In this document: one piece after another, positions 1 through 8,906 of the stretch
Position numbering within the stretch: position 1 is the stretch's first letter
Layout: every line of letters starts with the position of its first letter
Source: a virus
Lineage: Duplodnaviria; Heunggongvirae; Uroviricota; Caudoviricetes
DNA length: 64,000 bases
Strand: one strand, 5' to 3'
IMG/VR virus record: IMGVR_UViG_3300046542_000259
Translations under genes and position numbers: made by a program
The notes under the pieces: model-generated
What the model saw: the letters and a program-made list of their open reading frames with translations, nothing else
Database searches by the model: none
What the model was told of the DNA's origin: nothing

Positions 1-901
1 AATTAACGAGCTTATGCGGCTCGGCATCGCACAAATTCCGGGGGCGATCTATTGGGATGTCAACCAAGTTCGTTCCAAGCCAGCACTTGCCCTCGCTGGG
101 GCGCAGTATACGAATTACGTCGTATCAGACGCCACACACAGCACGATGGCTGGCGCTGTAGCCGAAGCACACGCCTTGTGGAACCGGGTACTGAGCAAGC
201 TATTGCCCGTTCGTGCGAGCATCCTGCCTTCCAGCGATGATGTTTACCACGCCACTCTGAACCCTTACGGATGGATGACCAACGCCACAGCAGCCAGTGC
301 AAATTTCCGCCTTTCTGGTTCAGCCGCTGCGGCAGCAACCGGCACATCTGGCTTCAAGCCAACTAATACCACCTTCGACCGCTTGGCTGGGGACGGCACT
401 GCCGTTGGCTCGAAGCTCACTGCGTCAGATGGGAACACGTCAGACGGCAGCGATACCCTTGAGGACGCGGCTCGTATCGTTCTTACGCCAGTATCGACAG
501 ACACCACGATGCAATTGCGTTTCGGCACATTTCTTCACGGCTTGCCAGTTGGCACATGGGTCGAAGGAATGGCGTATGTCGATATCAAAGGTGCAACCGA
601 TTTCTTTAAGGGCGTGCCGTTTCAGGTCAAGGATATAACGAACGCCGGGAGTGTCACGAATTTCACTTCGACCGGATTGGCGGCTTATGACCCCGGCTCA
701 TCGGGGCATGTGACTGGACAGCGCTCGCTTCCGAATAAGAACATGTGCGGCACTATCTGGTCTCCCCCTTTTCAAGTCATCGGGGATGCTTTCAGCCTCA
801 ACATTCCAATCAGCTACTGGGGCGGCGCATCCGGGACGGGGCAAGTCGATGCACTCTTCCTTGGTGTTCGTCCTATCCCCGATCCGACTGTAGTGTTCTA
901 A
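1..901 (+). CDS. Tail fibre distal segment, 5' end runs off the window
   Basis: The frame of ORF 14..901 stays open to base 2. Long Gly/Ser/Thr/Ala low-complexity tracts fit a fibre shaft. GC is visibly higher than in the rest of the window. A C10 tract and an intrinsic terminator follow. Confidence 0.45.
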   Translation, partial: INELMRLGIAQIPGAIYWDVNQVRSKPALALAGAQYTNYVVSDATHSTMAGAVAEAHALWNRVLSKLLPVRASILPSSDDVYHATLNPYGWMTNATAASANFRLSGSAAAAATGTSGFKPTNTTFDRLAGDGTAVGSKLTASDGNTSDGSDTLEDAARIVLTPVSTDTTMQLRFGTFLHGLPVGTWVEGMAYVDIKGATDFFKGVPFQVKDITNAGSVTNFTSTGLAAYDPGSSGHVTGQRSLPNKNMCGTIWSPPFQVIGDAFSLNIPISYWGGASGTGQVDALFLGVRPIPDPTVVF

Positions 902-949
902 CCCCCCCCCCGCACCCTCTGATCACCTGAGCCGTGTCTCAATCAAGGA

Positions 950-975
950 CCCACCCTTCGGTGGGTTTCTTTTTT
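950..975 (+). terminator. Rho-independent terminator
   Basis: Stem CCCACC / loop CTTC / GGTGGG, followed by TTTCTTTTTT. Confidence 0.7.
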
Positions 976-1015
976 GAGTCTAGTGATTTAACAAAATGTA
1001 CAAAGTCATTATAGC

Positions 1016-1043
1016 TTGACTTTTTAAATTTTAATGTTATAAT
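1016..1043 (+). promoter_or_regulatory. sigma70-like promoter
   Basis: TTGACT (1016-1021), 16-nt AT-rich spacer, TATAAT (1038-1043), upstream of the 1081 start. Confidence 0.5.
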
Positions 1044-1080
1044 ATACAGAAATAATACATACCTAAATTGAGACTTCGTC

Positions 1081-2799
1081 ATGGCTAGACCTAAAAATAT
1101 TCACCATAACCCAAATACTGGCCTTTTGGTTGTCCCCGGTTACGCCAATACGTCATCCTTATCCACTACGGTAGGAATGTCCAAGACTCAAAAAGCCTTA
1201 ACCATTCCACGAAGCCGAGAAAGAGGCCCAATCGATACAGGTATTGTGGATCGTTTAGCCACTCGCGTCCTAGGACCGGCGCATAGCACGGGTACTGCTC
1301 CACTAACTGGTGATGGGACACAAAAGACGTATAGCGCTACATTTGTAAATGAAAGTGGCGCTGCAATAACATTGATGTCAGTCGTGCTACAAGGATGGTC
1401 TATTTCAACCACTGGAACAAATGCGGCGGGAAATACTTTCGATGTTACTGGTAACGTCGAATATCCAGTTGGTGGCACCACAACTGCAATCACCATTGAT
1501 GGCCTATCTACTGTTACTGTACCAGATGGCTCTCATATCAAAACAGATAGAGTTGTGCCAGCAACTACTATCCCAGCCGGTGCAAGTTTTAAAGTAAATC
1601 TATTCTCAACCATACCAAATGGCCTTAAGTACATCGCTAATCTAGGTTTTGCCGGACTATTGACCACGGCGCATAAATCACTACTGAAAAAAGAAGCCAT
1701 TTTTGCCATCGGTGATAGTATTATGACGAACAACGGCGGCGCGTTATACACCGTCACATCGGGCCGTTGCCCTTGCTACCAAATCAGCATCAGTGGAACC
1801 ACGGCGCAAACTTATGGAGCATCCGGCGCGGCTAATTTTACACGCCAAGTCGCACTCGCCGCCGCGATGGGGATTACACGCTTCGTCTCCAATTTTGGCA
1901 CCAATGATTTTGGTGCAATGACTACAGTAGATAATTTAAAAACCTACCTCGTAGCAATGAAAACTTTAGCTAATGCGTCAAAGATTTTATTTACTCAAAC
2001 AACTATGATTCCGAGAGTCACAAAACTGGCAAATATCACGGCCACGTCAGTCACTTCAGCCGGGAACATAATGACAGTAGTTGTTCCAGATGCGACGAAG
2101 TTCGTGGTAGGTAAATCGTATCTCACCGCTGGGGCTACTCAAACCGAATATAACCAAGTCATGGTTTGCCGTACCATCGATACGCAAACAAACACATTGA
2201 CTTTCCTATTCCCCGGATCAGGTACAACCCCAGCCACTGGAACTATTACCTTAACGTCTCAGAAATATGTAAACACGATTGAGTTTCAAACCGCGTTTTC
2301 TAGTAAATTTACTTTTGGTAGTGGCTCAGACCGTGCCATTTTTAACGCTTGGGTCAGAGCGGGTGGTCTCGATGACTACATGGAATGGGCCGATGCTTTT
2401 GAACCGGCTCGTGACAGTGGTCGTTTCATCGTTGGTGGTGAAACACCGCTGGTTAATGATGTCCAGACCTGTGCCGTTGTAACCGGAACACCGCTGACTA
2501 ACACTCGTTTCCAGACCAACTATACCGTTGGCACAAGCACTACCGCGAATGGTGGGGCGCAATTCATTACAGGAGCCAATATTGGTGGCTATAGAACCGC
2601 AAATGGCAACACTGCTGGTGATTACACCTCAAGTAGCGCATTTGCCAATATTCCAACAGTAGGTGATACGTTATACATCATACCGGGAACTTGTTCCCTG
2701 TCTGACGATGGAACTCACCCACGAGTCGCATCTGGCGGCAAAGGTGGACAAGCCGTGTTAGAAGAAGCGGCCACTACTAAATTGCTTACGTGGTTGTAA
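1081..2799 (+). CDS. Tail fibre/spike protein with an SGNH (GDSL) hydrolase domain
   Basis: Thr/Gly/Ser-rich structural-type sequence. SGNH block I FAIGDSIM, block III GTNDF and block V DDGTHP (DxxH) appear in the expected order. Confidence 0.6.
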   Translation: MARPKNIHHNPNTGLLVVPGYANTSSLSTTVGMSKTQKALTIPRSRERGPIDTGIVDRLATRVLGPAHSTGTAPLTGDGTQKTYSATFVNESGAAITLMSVVLQGWSISTTGTNAAGNTFDVTGNVEYPVGGTTTAITIDGLSTVTVPDGSHIKTDRVVPATTIPAGASFKVNLFSTIPNGLKYIANLGFAGLLTTAHKSLLKKEAIFAIGDSIMTNNGGALYTVTSGRCPCYQISISGTTAQTYGASGAANFTRQVALAAAMGITRFVSNFGTNDFGAMTTVDNLKTYLVAMKTLANASKILFTQTTMIPRVTKLANITATSVTSAGNIMTVVVPDATKFVVGKSYLTAGATQTEYNQVMVCRTIDTQTNTLTFLFPGSGTTPATGTITLTSQKYVNTIEFQTAFSSKFTFGSGSDRAIFNAWVRAGGLDDYMEWADAFEPARDSGRFIVGGETPLVNDVQTCAVVTGTPLTNTRFQTNYTVGTSTTANGGAQFITGANIGGYRTANGNTAGDYTSSSAFANIPTVGDTLYIIPGTCSLSDDGTHPRVASGGKGGQAVLEEAATTKLLTWL

Positions 2800-2832
2800 T
2801 TTTATGGAACTAAATAAGAAAAGTATTTTATA

Positions 2833-4512
2833 ATGGCAACGATTCAGAAAAATGTAAACCAAGTCACGGCCACTGGAGCCACCTCTCTCCTTGGAACGAA
2901 GCCGGATGGGAAACTTGCGTCCAAACCTGTGTCCGAGCTTGCCACGGCTGTCCAAGGAACTAAGGCAGATACAGCGATTCAACCAAGTGATATTGGAACC
3001 AGTGTCCAAGCTTACAACGCAAATTTAAATTCTGTGCCTGCCGAAGTAGCTGTTCGAGTCATTGAGTTTGATATCCGCATGTCTCAATTTGCTGGGGGTG
3101 CGGCATGGGATGATAGTACTGACGATACCCCAGCAATGGCAGCAGCCATCGCCTATTTCCAAACACTTGGTGGCTTAAACCAATATGAAGGCCAAAATTC
3201 CGCTGTACTACGTTTACCTCGTGGGGTCGGTCGTATATCCAACCTTGACCTAACTCTTGCTAAAAACGTAACCATTACCGGTCTAAGTGATGGTGCTACC
3301 ACTATTCGTAACATCAATAATAATACTTGCCTCAAGACTACAAACGTTACAGGTGTGAATGACTTGTTTCGTCTTAAATTGAAGGACTTTACCATAATCG
3401 GTCCCGGTAGGGCAAACACGAGTGCATTCGGTATTGACTTCTTCGCCGTTAATCACGGCAGCATCGAGAACGTGCGTGTATATTCTTGTCATGCCGCTAT
3501 GAGGTTTAAGAACAACTGGCAAACCCAAGTTATTCGTCCGATGATCGATGGCGGACCAACCGTTGGGAGCTTGTCTTGCATGGATGGTATCCAAATGCTC
3601 GACGGTCCCGGCTCCGTTGTGGAAAATTGTATCAAACTCAACGGAGGCGTCATCTCAGGGGTGGAGCGGTATGGCTTCCGAGGCGAGAGTGTTTGTGGGT
3701 CTCTTATTAGCGGACTGGAAATGCTGGCGTGCGGTAGTACGGCAATGTACTTAGGCGATAGCCCATCAGGGAAAGACCTAAAATGGTTTTCTGCTGTTGG
3801 ATTGATGTTCGACACATCAGGAGATTTGCTCATTATCAATAAGGGCTCATCTACGATAGCTGAGCAATTACATTTCTCCAGTCTCTGGATGGGCAATGCA
3901 ACAGCCGGAGCGGGCCAAGGCGATGCTATCCGTATAAATGGGCTAATAGACTCAACCTTTCAAGCTGACCTTATCAGCCTCGTGGACACAGCATTTGTAG
4001 CAAATGATTGTTCTAGATTGATGTTTGATTTCAGAAATATCAATGATTACGACAAATCTCTAGTCGGAGCCGTACCCATAATATTAAACAACAGCCAGAA
4101 TATGTCTGTTCGGGGAGGTCCGATGATTAAAAACACAGGCTCACCTGCTACCCTTGTTTTGGCAGAAACCGGGACCACTAATTATAGTAATATTCAAGGT
4201 ATTAACGGCGACGGTGGCATGACCATCATTGGCGCAAATAGCATCGTCAAGGGAAATATTGGGTATAAGACACATAACTCGGGCCTAGTCAATGTGCTAA
4301 CCACTACTACAAGCACGGTAGTAAATCATGGATTAGGCAGAACTCCTACAGATGGAGATATTATTGCCACACCAAAATTCAATATCGGCTCCGTTGGCGT
4401 CACTGATTTCTGGATCGACACCATCACAGCAACCCAATTCACGATTCACACAAACGCTGCACCATCAAGCAATCTTGGCTTCCACTGGCAAGCTGATGTT
4501 TCAAGAGGGTAA
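2833..4512 (+). CDS. Tailspike-like protein, probable beta-helix receptor-binding or depolymerase protein
   Basis: It follows the fibre genes. Repeated short beta-strand-like N/G/T-rich segments (NVTITGLSDGATTIRNINNN...) resemble pectate-lyase-type beta-helices. No catalytic motif was recognised. Confidence 0.35.
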   Translation: MATIQKNVNQVTATGATSLLGTKPDGKLASKPVSELATAVQGTKADTAIQPSDIGTSVQAYNANLNSVPAEVAVRVIEFDIRMSQFAGGAAWDDSTDDTPAMAAAIAYFQTLGGLNQYEGQNSAVLRLPRGVGRISNLDLTLAKNVTITGLSDGATTIRNINNNTCLKTTNVTGVNDLFRLKLKDFTIIGPGRANTSAFGIDFFAVNHGSIENVRVYSCHAAMRFKNNWQTQVIRPMIDGGPTVGSLSCMDGIQMLDGPGSVVENCIKLNGGVISGVERYGFRGESVCGSLISGLEMLACGSTAMYLGDSPSGKDLKWFSAVGLMFDTSGDLLIINKGSSTIAEQLHFSSLWMGNATAGAGQGDAIRINGLIDSTFQADLISLVDTAFVANDCSRLMFDFRNINDYDKSLVGAVPIILNNSQNMSVRGGPMIKNTGSPATLVLAETGTTNYSNIQGINGDGGMTIIGANSIVKGNIGYKTHNSGLVNVLTTTTSTVVNHGLGRTPTDGDIIATPKFNIGSVGVTDFWIDTITATQFTIHTNAAPSSNLGFHWQADVSRG

Positions 4513-4570
4513 CTATCCATCTTTAAACTAGCCTGACAATTCATTAATAAAAGACTTGAAAATTTTAATA

Positions 4571-4595
4571 ACCCGCCTGTGGCGGGTTATTTTTT
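4571..4595. terminator. Intrinsic terminator, probably bidirectional
   Basis: ACCCGCC-TGT-GGCGGGT followed by TATTTTTT. It sits between the + fibre gene and the converging minus-strand gene. Confidence 0.7.
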
Positions 4596-5259
4596 AATCA
4601 ATAATAGCTTGATCCGCAACGGCAAATGGTCTTTTCCTCAACATACGACACGTCTGCGTAATGATTTGACGCCCCGTTAGTCCGAGAATCATTCGTTCCA
4701 CCAGCTTCATCATATTATCTTTAGACTGATAAGGTAAAGCCGTATCGCGGCACACCTCAAGCAGTTCTTCGCGCCACAAGAGTTGAAGCACTGCCCTTAA
4801 TTCAGGCGTTGGAAAACTGTCTTGCTTTGAACCGCGTGGGACGATTTTCCATGTGTGATCAAGACTGAAATCAGTTTTCTTTGGTTCGGGGTAATACCAG
4901 AGATTTTTATTAGTACCATAACCTTTTAAAGATTTAAATTCTTCCGGCTCTACGATAAAAGGTCTCACCCTATTGGTATGATTGCTTATGGTGAAAAACT
5001 TTTTATCGAGGACTAGATATGTTTGATGGCTGCAAGCACTAAACGCCTCCCATTGTTTGGCCAAACGTTTCAAAACATCTTTCTCTGATTTAATCTCAAA
5101 CAACAGAATTTCAGCACGCCCGACACAAGCAAGATCGGCGCGAGGACTACCCGTGCCCGCCGTATTCAATTCGTGAATTATTCGTGATTCGGGTCTAAAT
5201 GCTCTAAGTTTGTCGATAACGCAAAGGCGCATCTCTTTCTCGTGTATGCTTCCGGCCAA
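4594..5259 (-). CDS. Hypothetical protein with a possible PD-(D/E)XK nuclease-like motif
   Basis: Minus-strand ORF in a + strand region. The N-terminal half contains ...ADLACVG...LFEIKSEKD, a D-(x)n-E-x-K pattern. The listed start is TTG; the first ATG gives MRLCVIDKL at 5232. Confidence 0.3.
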   Translation of the reverse strand: MAGSIHEKEMRLCVIDKLRAFRPESRIIHELNTAGTGSPRADLACVGRAEILLFEIKSEKDVLKRLAKQWEAFSACSHQTYLVLDKKFFTISNHTNRVRPFIVEPEEFKSLKGYGTNKNLWYYPEPKKTDFSLDHTWKIVPRGSKQDSFPTPELRAVLQLLWREELLEVCRDTALPYQSKDNMMKLVERMILGLTGRQIITQTCRMLRKRPFAVADQAIID

Positions 5260-5471
5260 AGTTCTTTCCTATATTTGCTAAAAATTCGTTCGATATTATC
5301 AATGTTGACAGTTGTTATGTCATATCCGATATGCATTAAATGGACGGCTAAAAATCGCCCATTTTCATAATAACCTCCGGTGAAATGATCTTTATAATCA
5401 TCTATGGCAAAGGGCTCGTTGTTAATTTTCTGCTTGAAGCCGCGCCACAACGCTTCATAATAAGCTTTCAA
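5178..5471 (-). CDS. Hypothetical protein
   Basis: Minus-strand ORF directly upstream of 4594..5259, overlapping it by 82 nt in another frame. Confidence 0.35.
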   Translation of the reverse strand: MKAYYEALWRGFKQKINNEPFAIDDYKDHFTGGYYENGRFLAVHLMHIGYDITTVNIDNIERIFSKYRKELWPEAYTRKRCAFALSTNLEHLDPNHE

Positions 5472-5491
5472 AGTTTTCTCCTTAAACGTTT

Positions 5492-5600
5492 ATCTTTCCG
5501 CCATAAACGGCAGAAACATGCTTGACAAAGTGATTGAAACGGTCTATAACGGGTTTAAATGATTTTGTCAAGTGATCTTCTGCCGTTTATGGCGGAAGAT
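5492..5600. promoter_or_regulatory. 23-bp inverted repeat enclosing two overlapping outward-facing sigma70-like promoters
   Basis: The arms are ATCTTTCCGCCATAAACGGCAGAA (5492-5515) and TTCTGCCGTTTATGGCGGAAGAT (5578-5600). The + promoter is TTGACA (5522-5527), 17 nt, TATAAC (5545-5550). The minus promoter reads TTGACA on the complement of 5566-5571, 17 nt, TATAGA on the complement of 5543-5548. Confidence 0.5.
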
Positions 5601-5621
5601 TTTTAAGGAGAAATTTTTTTT

Positions 5622-5789
5622 TTGAGAGAACTGATTGAAAAACTTCGCCAAGGCGTCCAATTTCGTGAAGAACGTTGGCCGGGAAATGATGGCAGCGACG
5701 TTGTCCGTGACATAGCAGGAGCTAATGCTGTTATGGTGCTAGCCGCAGAAGCATTGTCTAAACTTATTGAAGAGAGGGGAGTGCGATGA
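5622..5789 (+). CDS. Small hypothetical protein (55 aa), TTG start
   Basis: AAGGAG at 5605-5610 precedes the start. I translated the ORF by hand, and its stop overlaps the next start (ATGA). Confidence 0.3.
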   Translation: MRELIEKLRQGVQFREERWPGNDGSDVVRDIAGANAVMVLAAEALSKLIEERGVR

Positions 5790-5956
5790 AACACCGACAC
5801 GTAGCGATTTACGACATGGGCGAACGTTACGTCCCCGACGATATTTATGCCAAAATTGATCACGTCAAGATTCGTGCCGCCGTTATCATTTCCTCCGGTG
5901 GTTCTATCGATGAGCTTTGGAAACTATTGATGATGCTGCCGAGTGATGCGACATGA
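5786..5956 (+). CDS. Small hypothetical protein (56 aa)
   Basis: Hand-translated ORF MKHRHVAIYDMGERY..., with ATGA overlap on both sides. Confidence 0.35.
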   Translation: MKHRHVAIYDMGERYVPDDIYAKIDHVKIRAAVIISSGGSIDELWKLLMMLPSDAT

Positions 5957-6126
5957 GGGTATCTGTTAGACGTTCTGCCGTGATTAACGATGCATTTGAA
6001 GTCGTAATTAATAACAGTCTAGTGGCTTATTATAACAAAGATGTTGACAAATGCCTTATGTGGGCTAAATTGCATTACAAATTAAGTGAGACAGAATTGG
6101 AGGAGCTTGGTAATGGAACGCAATAA
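5953..6126 (+). CDS. Small hypothetical protein (57 aa)
   Basis: Hand-translated ORF MRVSVRRSAVINDAFEV..., translationally coupled to its neighbours. Confidence 0.35.
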   Translation: MRVSVRRSAVINDAFEVVINNSLVAYYNKDVDKCLMWAKLHYKLSETELEELGNGTQ

Positions 6127-6319
6127 AATTACGTCTATCGGCTGTCTTGGCCAGATAAAATGTTACCTTAACGTTCCGAAGGTTGGAGCGATTCGACGCT
6201 ATTGCGAAACATACGGATTTGAGTCTGAAGAAATGTTGCTTAGGGACGGTCTGATGATTCGAGAATTTGAATTTGAGGATACGTTTGGCGCTTATGATAT
6301 TTATGAGGACACGGAGTGA
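6113..6319 (+). CDS. Hypothetical protein (68 aa)
   Basis: ATG at 6113 preceded by GGAGGAG. This trims the 6086..6319 ORF. Confidence 0.35.
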   Translation: MERNKITSIGCLGQIKCYLNVPKVGAIRRYCETYGFESEEMLLRDGLMIREFEFEDTFGAYDIYEDTE

Positions 6320-6495
6320 TGTTTAAGTTTGTCATCATCGCCGCGTCCTTGAATCAGCCCAATGATCTAACCATGAGTTTCATCTATGAAGACTTGACTT
6401 CGGTTCAAGAATGTATCACGAAGCAGCCCGAACTAATGGCTGCTATCCCCGAAAATTATGAAATTATTGGCTACAGGTGTGAAAAGGTTGAATGA
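6319..6495 (+). CDS. Small hypothetical protein (58 aa)
   Basis: Hand-translated ORF MFKFVIIAASLNQPND..., with TGATG overlap at its start. Confidence 0.35.
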   Translation: MFKFVIIAASLNQPNDLTMSFIYEDLTSVQECITKQPELMAAIPENYEIIGYRCEKVE

Positions 6496-6605
6496 TGAAA
6501 GTAATTAATTATTTCAGTTATGCCATTGCGTTGATAGTGTTGGGTATTTTGGCTTACAATTATCAGCTTGTTTGGATCGGTATTCTTATTCTGTTTGGAG
6601 CTTAA
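6492..6605 (+). CDS. Small membrane protein (37 aa)
   Basis: MMKVINYFSYAIALIVLGILAYNYQLVWIGILILFGA is a single hydrophobic span. Confidence 0.3.
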   Translation: MMKVINYFSYAIALIVLGILAYNYQLVWIGILILFGA

Positions 6606-6612
6606 TTAATAA

Positions 6613-7512
6613 ATGATTTATAAACCAGATATTTGCTTTTATCACTCTCCTTGTTCAGATGGATTCGGCGCGGCATATGCTATTTGGCATCGCTGGCCCG
6701 ATATTGAATTTATTCCCATCAATCATGGCGAGCCTATTAACAGCGGAACAATTCGTGGAAAAAATGTCTTATTCGTAGATTTTTCCTTGAAGAAGGATAA
6801 AATTTGGGCCATGGCTCAACTCGCTAAGTCCGTCATCATTTTGGACCATCACAAAAGCGCCGAAAGTGAACTAAAAGATTTTGGCACGTTCAACGGAGAG
6901 TTAATCGATCTAGAAGATATTTTGAGTTACGAGCATAACAATGTCGTGGCTCACTTTGACATGCTTCACAGCGGAGCCGTGCTGGCATGGCGATTCGCTA
7001 ACCCGCTCGAAGAAATACCACAAGCGTTGCTTTATATTGAGGACCGCGACCTATGGAAGTGGGAATTGAGTGGATCAAAGGAATTTGGCCTAGCCACGGC
7101 TTCTATTCCTTTTATCTTTGAAACATGGCGTGACAATGTCATTAGCAATAATGATACCCACGATCTGGTCCGTCGTGGCGCTGCCGTTGTTGAATATGAA
7201 GATAAACTTGTTCGGCAAATCGTCGGTAACGCTTATTGGGATACGTTATGGTACGTGCGAGAAAATGGTAATCGTGATGGGCACGTAGCCATTTTCTGTA
7301 ACACTTCTGTGCTTCAATCTGAAGTCGGTAACGCTCTGATCAAGGCTTATCCCGAGGCTCAATTTGCTGCGGTTTGGTACATCACTGCTGAGGGTGAAAC
7401 ACGCTATTCGCTCAGATCGGAAGAGGGTAGGGCTGATGTCTCAATCATTGCGTCACGTCATGGAGGCGGGGGTCACAGGAACGCTTCCGGGTTCACGGTG
7501 GAACGACAATAA
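6613..7512 (+). CDS. DHH/DHHA1-family phosphoesterase (NrnA/RecJ-like)
   Basis: Contains the DHH motif ILDHHKS and the DHHA1 GGGGH motif (SRHGGGGHRNASGF) near the C-terminus. 299 aa. Confidence 0.6.
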   Translation: MIYKPDICFYHSPCSDGFGAAYAIWHRWPDIEFIPINHGEPINSGTIRGKNVLFVDFSLKKDKIWAMAQLAKSVIILDHHKSAESELKDFGTFNGELIDLEDILSYEHNNVVAHFDMLHSGAVLAWRFANPLEEIPQALLYIEDRDLWKWELSGSKEFGLATASIPFIFETWRDNVISNNDTHDLVRRGAAVVEYEDKLVRQIVGNAYWDTLWYVRENGNRDGHVAIFCNTSVLQSEVGNALIKAYPEAQFAAVWYITAEGETRYSLRSEEGRADVSIIASRHGGGGHRNASGFTVERQ

Positions 7513-7733
7513 TGAAAATTACCGATTCTTTGGGCCGTGAGTATTCCCTTTCTGATGCAATTGAACTAAGAATTGAGGATATGCGCGAATATAGGAATGA
7601 GCCTGACGTGGTCTCGGAACTTGAGTTGCTGGTACAAATTTTTGCAAAATTGTGTGAGATTTTAGAACGAAATAATTTGTTGCATAAAACTGAGGTGCAA
7701 GAATTGATCGGTCATGGATTTAACGTGGAATAA
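7512..7733 (+). CDS. Hypothetical protein
   Basis: Its start overlaps the DHH gene stop (TAATG). Confidence 0.35.
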   Translation: MKITDSLGREYSLSDAIELRIEDMREYRNEPDVVSELELLVQIFAKLCEILERNNLLHKTEVQELIGHGFNVE

Positions 7734-7745
7734 GGAGAACCGGTA

Positions 7746-7961
7746 ATGATCACGACTATAATCGGCCTTATTTTTGGTGTGGCCACTACATTTTTCATGG
7801 TGCTGATGGGTTATGGTCTACACAAATGGATCGAAGACAATTGGGTAGCATCCTTTGAAGGTGCATTAGGGAATGCCTTTGTTGGAATCATTACTACTTT
7901 GATATTTCCGTTACTTATGGGAATTATAGTGGCCAAATATACGGCTAGCTTGTTTATATAA
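7746..7961 (+). CDS. Small membrane protein, two hydrophobic spans
   Basis: The hydrophobic segments are IIGLIFGVATTFFMVLMGY and FVGIITTLIFPLLMGIIVA. Confidence 0.35.
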   Translation: MITTIIGLIFGVATTFFMVLMGYGLHKWIEDNWVASFEGALGNAFVGIITTLIFPLLMGIIVAKYTASLFI

Positions 7962-8127
7962 GGAGCACACGAATGACTGAAAAAGATATCGAAACCCATG
8001 CCGCGAGCGATGCTAAATTTGATGGCTATGACTGGATCGGGATGAGTAATACGGCTAAGGCGCGGTACACGGAGAGAGTCCGTCGCGGTTATGACGCGGT
8101 ACGTGACAGTAAGACAGAAGGTGCGTA

Positions 8128-8499
8128 ATGTCATTTGAAGTAGGTAAGAGATATAGACAAACAGGAACCAATAATTTGTTTGAACCTATTTACGTAGGAG
8201 AAAAACAAACGTTCGGGACAATGACCTATAATTATTCGGACAAGACCTGCAAAGATGAAGTATGTCGCCCAAATCAACACGCAGACGCCGGATGTTATAT
8301 CGAGATTAGGGAGCCTCGCTCGATTGAGTCTCTCTGGTTTAATATCTTTGTAAATATGAGCGACCCGGATAGAATTTGGGTATCCGCAACCCCTTTTGCA
8401 TCGAAGGCACAGGCTCAGAACTATGCCGCGAGATGCATGTCTGGAACCATTTTGGTAGATACCATTGAAATCACGTACACCGAGAAACTTGACACATAA
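8128..8499 (+). CDS. Hypothetical protein
   Basis: Co-directional ORF. No motif recognised. Confidence 0.35.
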   Translation: MSFEVGKRYRQTGTNNLFEPIYVGEKQTFGTMTYNYSDKTCKDEVCRPNQHADAGCYIEIREPRSIESLWFNIFVNMSDPDRIWVSATPFASKAQAQNYAARCMSGTILVDTIEITYTEKLDT

Positions 8500-8528
8500 T
8501 GATTTAATTTTGGAGGCTCGTCGTTTAA

Positions 8529-8906
8529 GTGACTAAAAATATGAAAAATAAGAAACGCCGACCCGATAAATTAGACCTAGCATTTTTTAGAGTATATCGT
8601 GAAGAAGCTAGAGTGGTGCAGCATAGTCAGTGTGATTATTGCTACGAACCTCTGACATATCGTACCGCAACTGCGGATCATGTCGTGTCTCGCATGGATA
8701 ACGGCCTTGACCGCAAGGAAAATCTTGTCGCTGCATGTGAACCTTGCAACAAGGCCAAGGGCCATATGTCTGTGAATCAATTTAAAAAACTGATTAAGAC
8801 TCAACCCTTTGGTCATGAACTTCGTTTCACGATGTGTTGGGTCAGGCGTCGGCTCAATCTTGCTCTGAATCGTTTGGAGCGGAACGTTATGGCACGGTGT
8901 AAATAA
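8529..8906 (+). CDS. HNH endonuclease
   Basis: Contains CDYC...ADHVVSRMDNGLD...NLVAACEPCNKAKG, with the H-N-H residues flanked by Cys pairs. Confidence 0.6.
   Translation: MTKNMKNKKRRPDKLDLAFFRVYREEARVVQHSQCDYCYEPLTYRTATADHVVSRMDNGLDRKENLVAACEPCNKAKGHMSVNQFKKLIKTQPFGHELRFTMCWVRRRLNLALNRLERNVMARCK

Noticed and set aside
3489-3896. Minus-strand ORFs (135, 103, 88 aa) inside the tailspike gene
   Set aside because: They are antisense frames within a long, compositionally coherent + strand structural gene, with no independent support.
5603-5863. 86-aa minus-strand ORF
   Set aside because: It is fully covered by three tightly coupled + strand small genes with RBSs and ATGA overlaps (5622..5789, 5786..5956). 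It has no upstream signal of its own and is most likely a spurious antisense frame.
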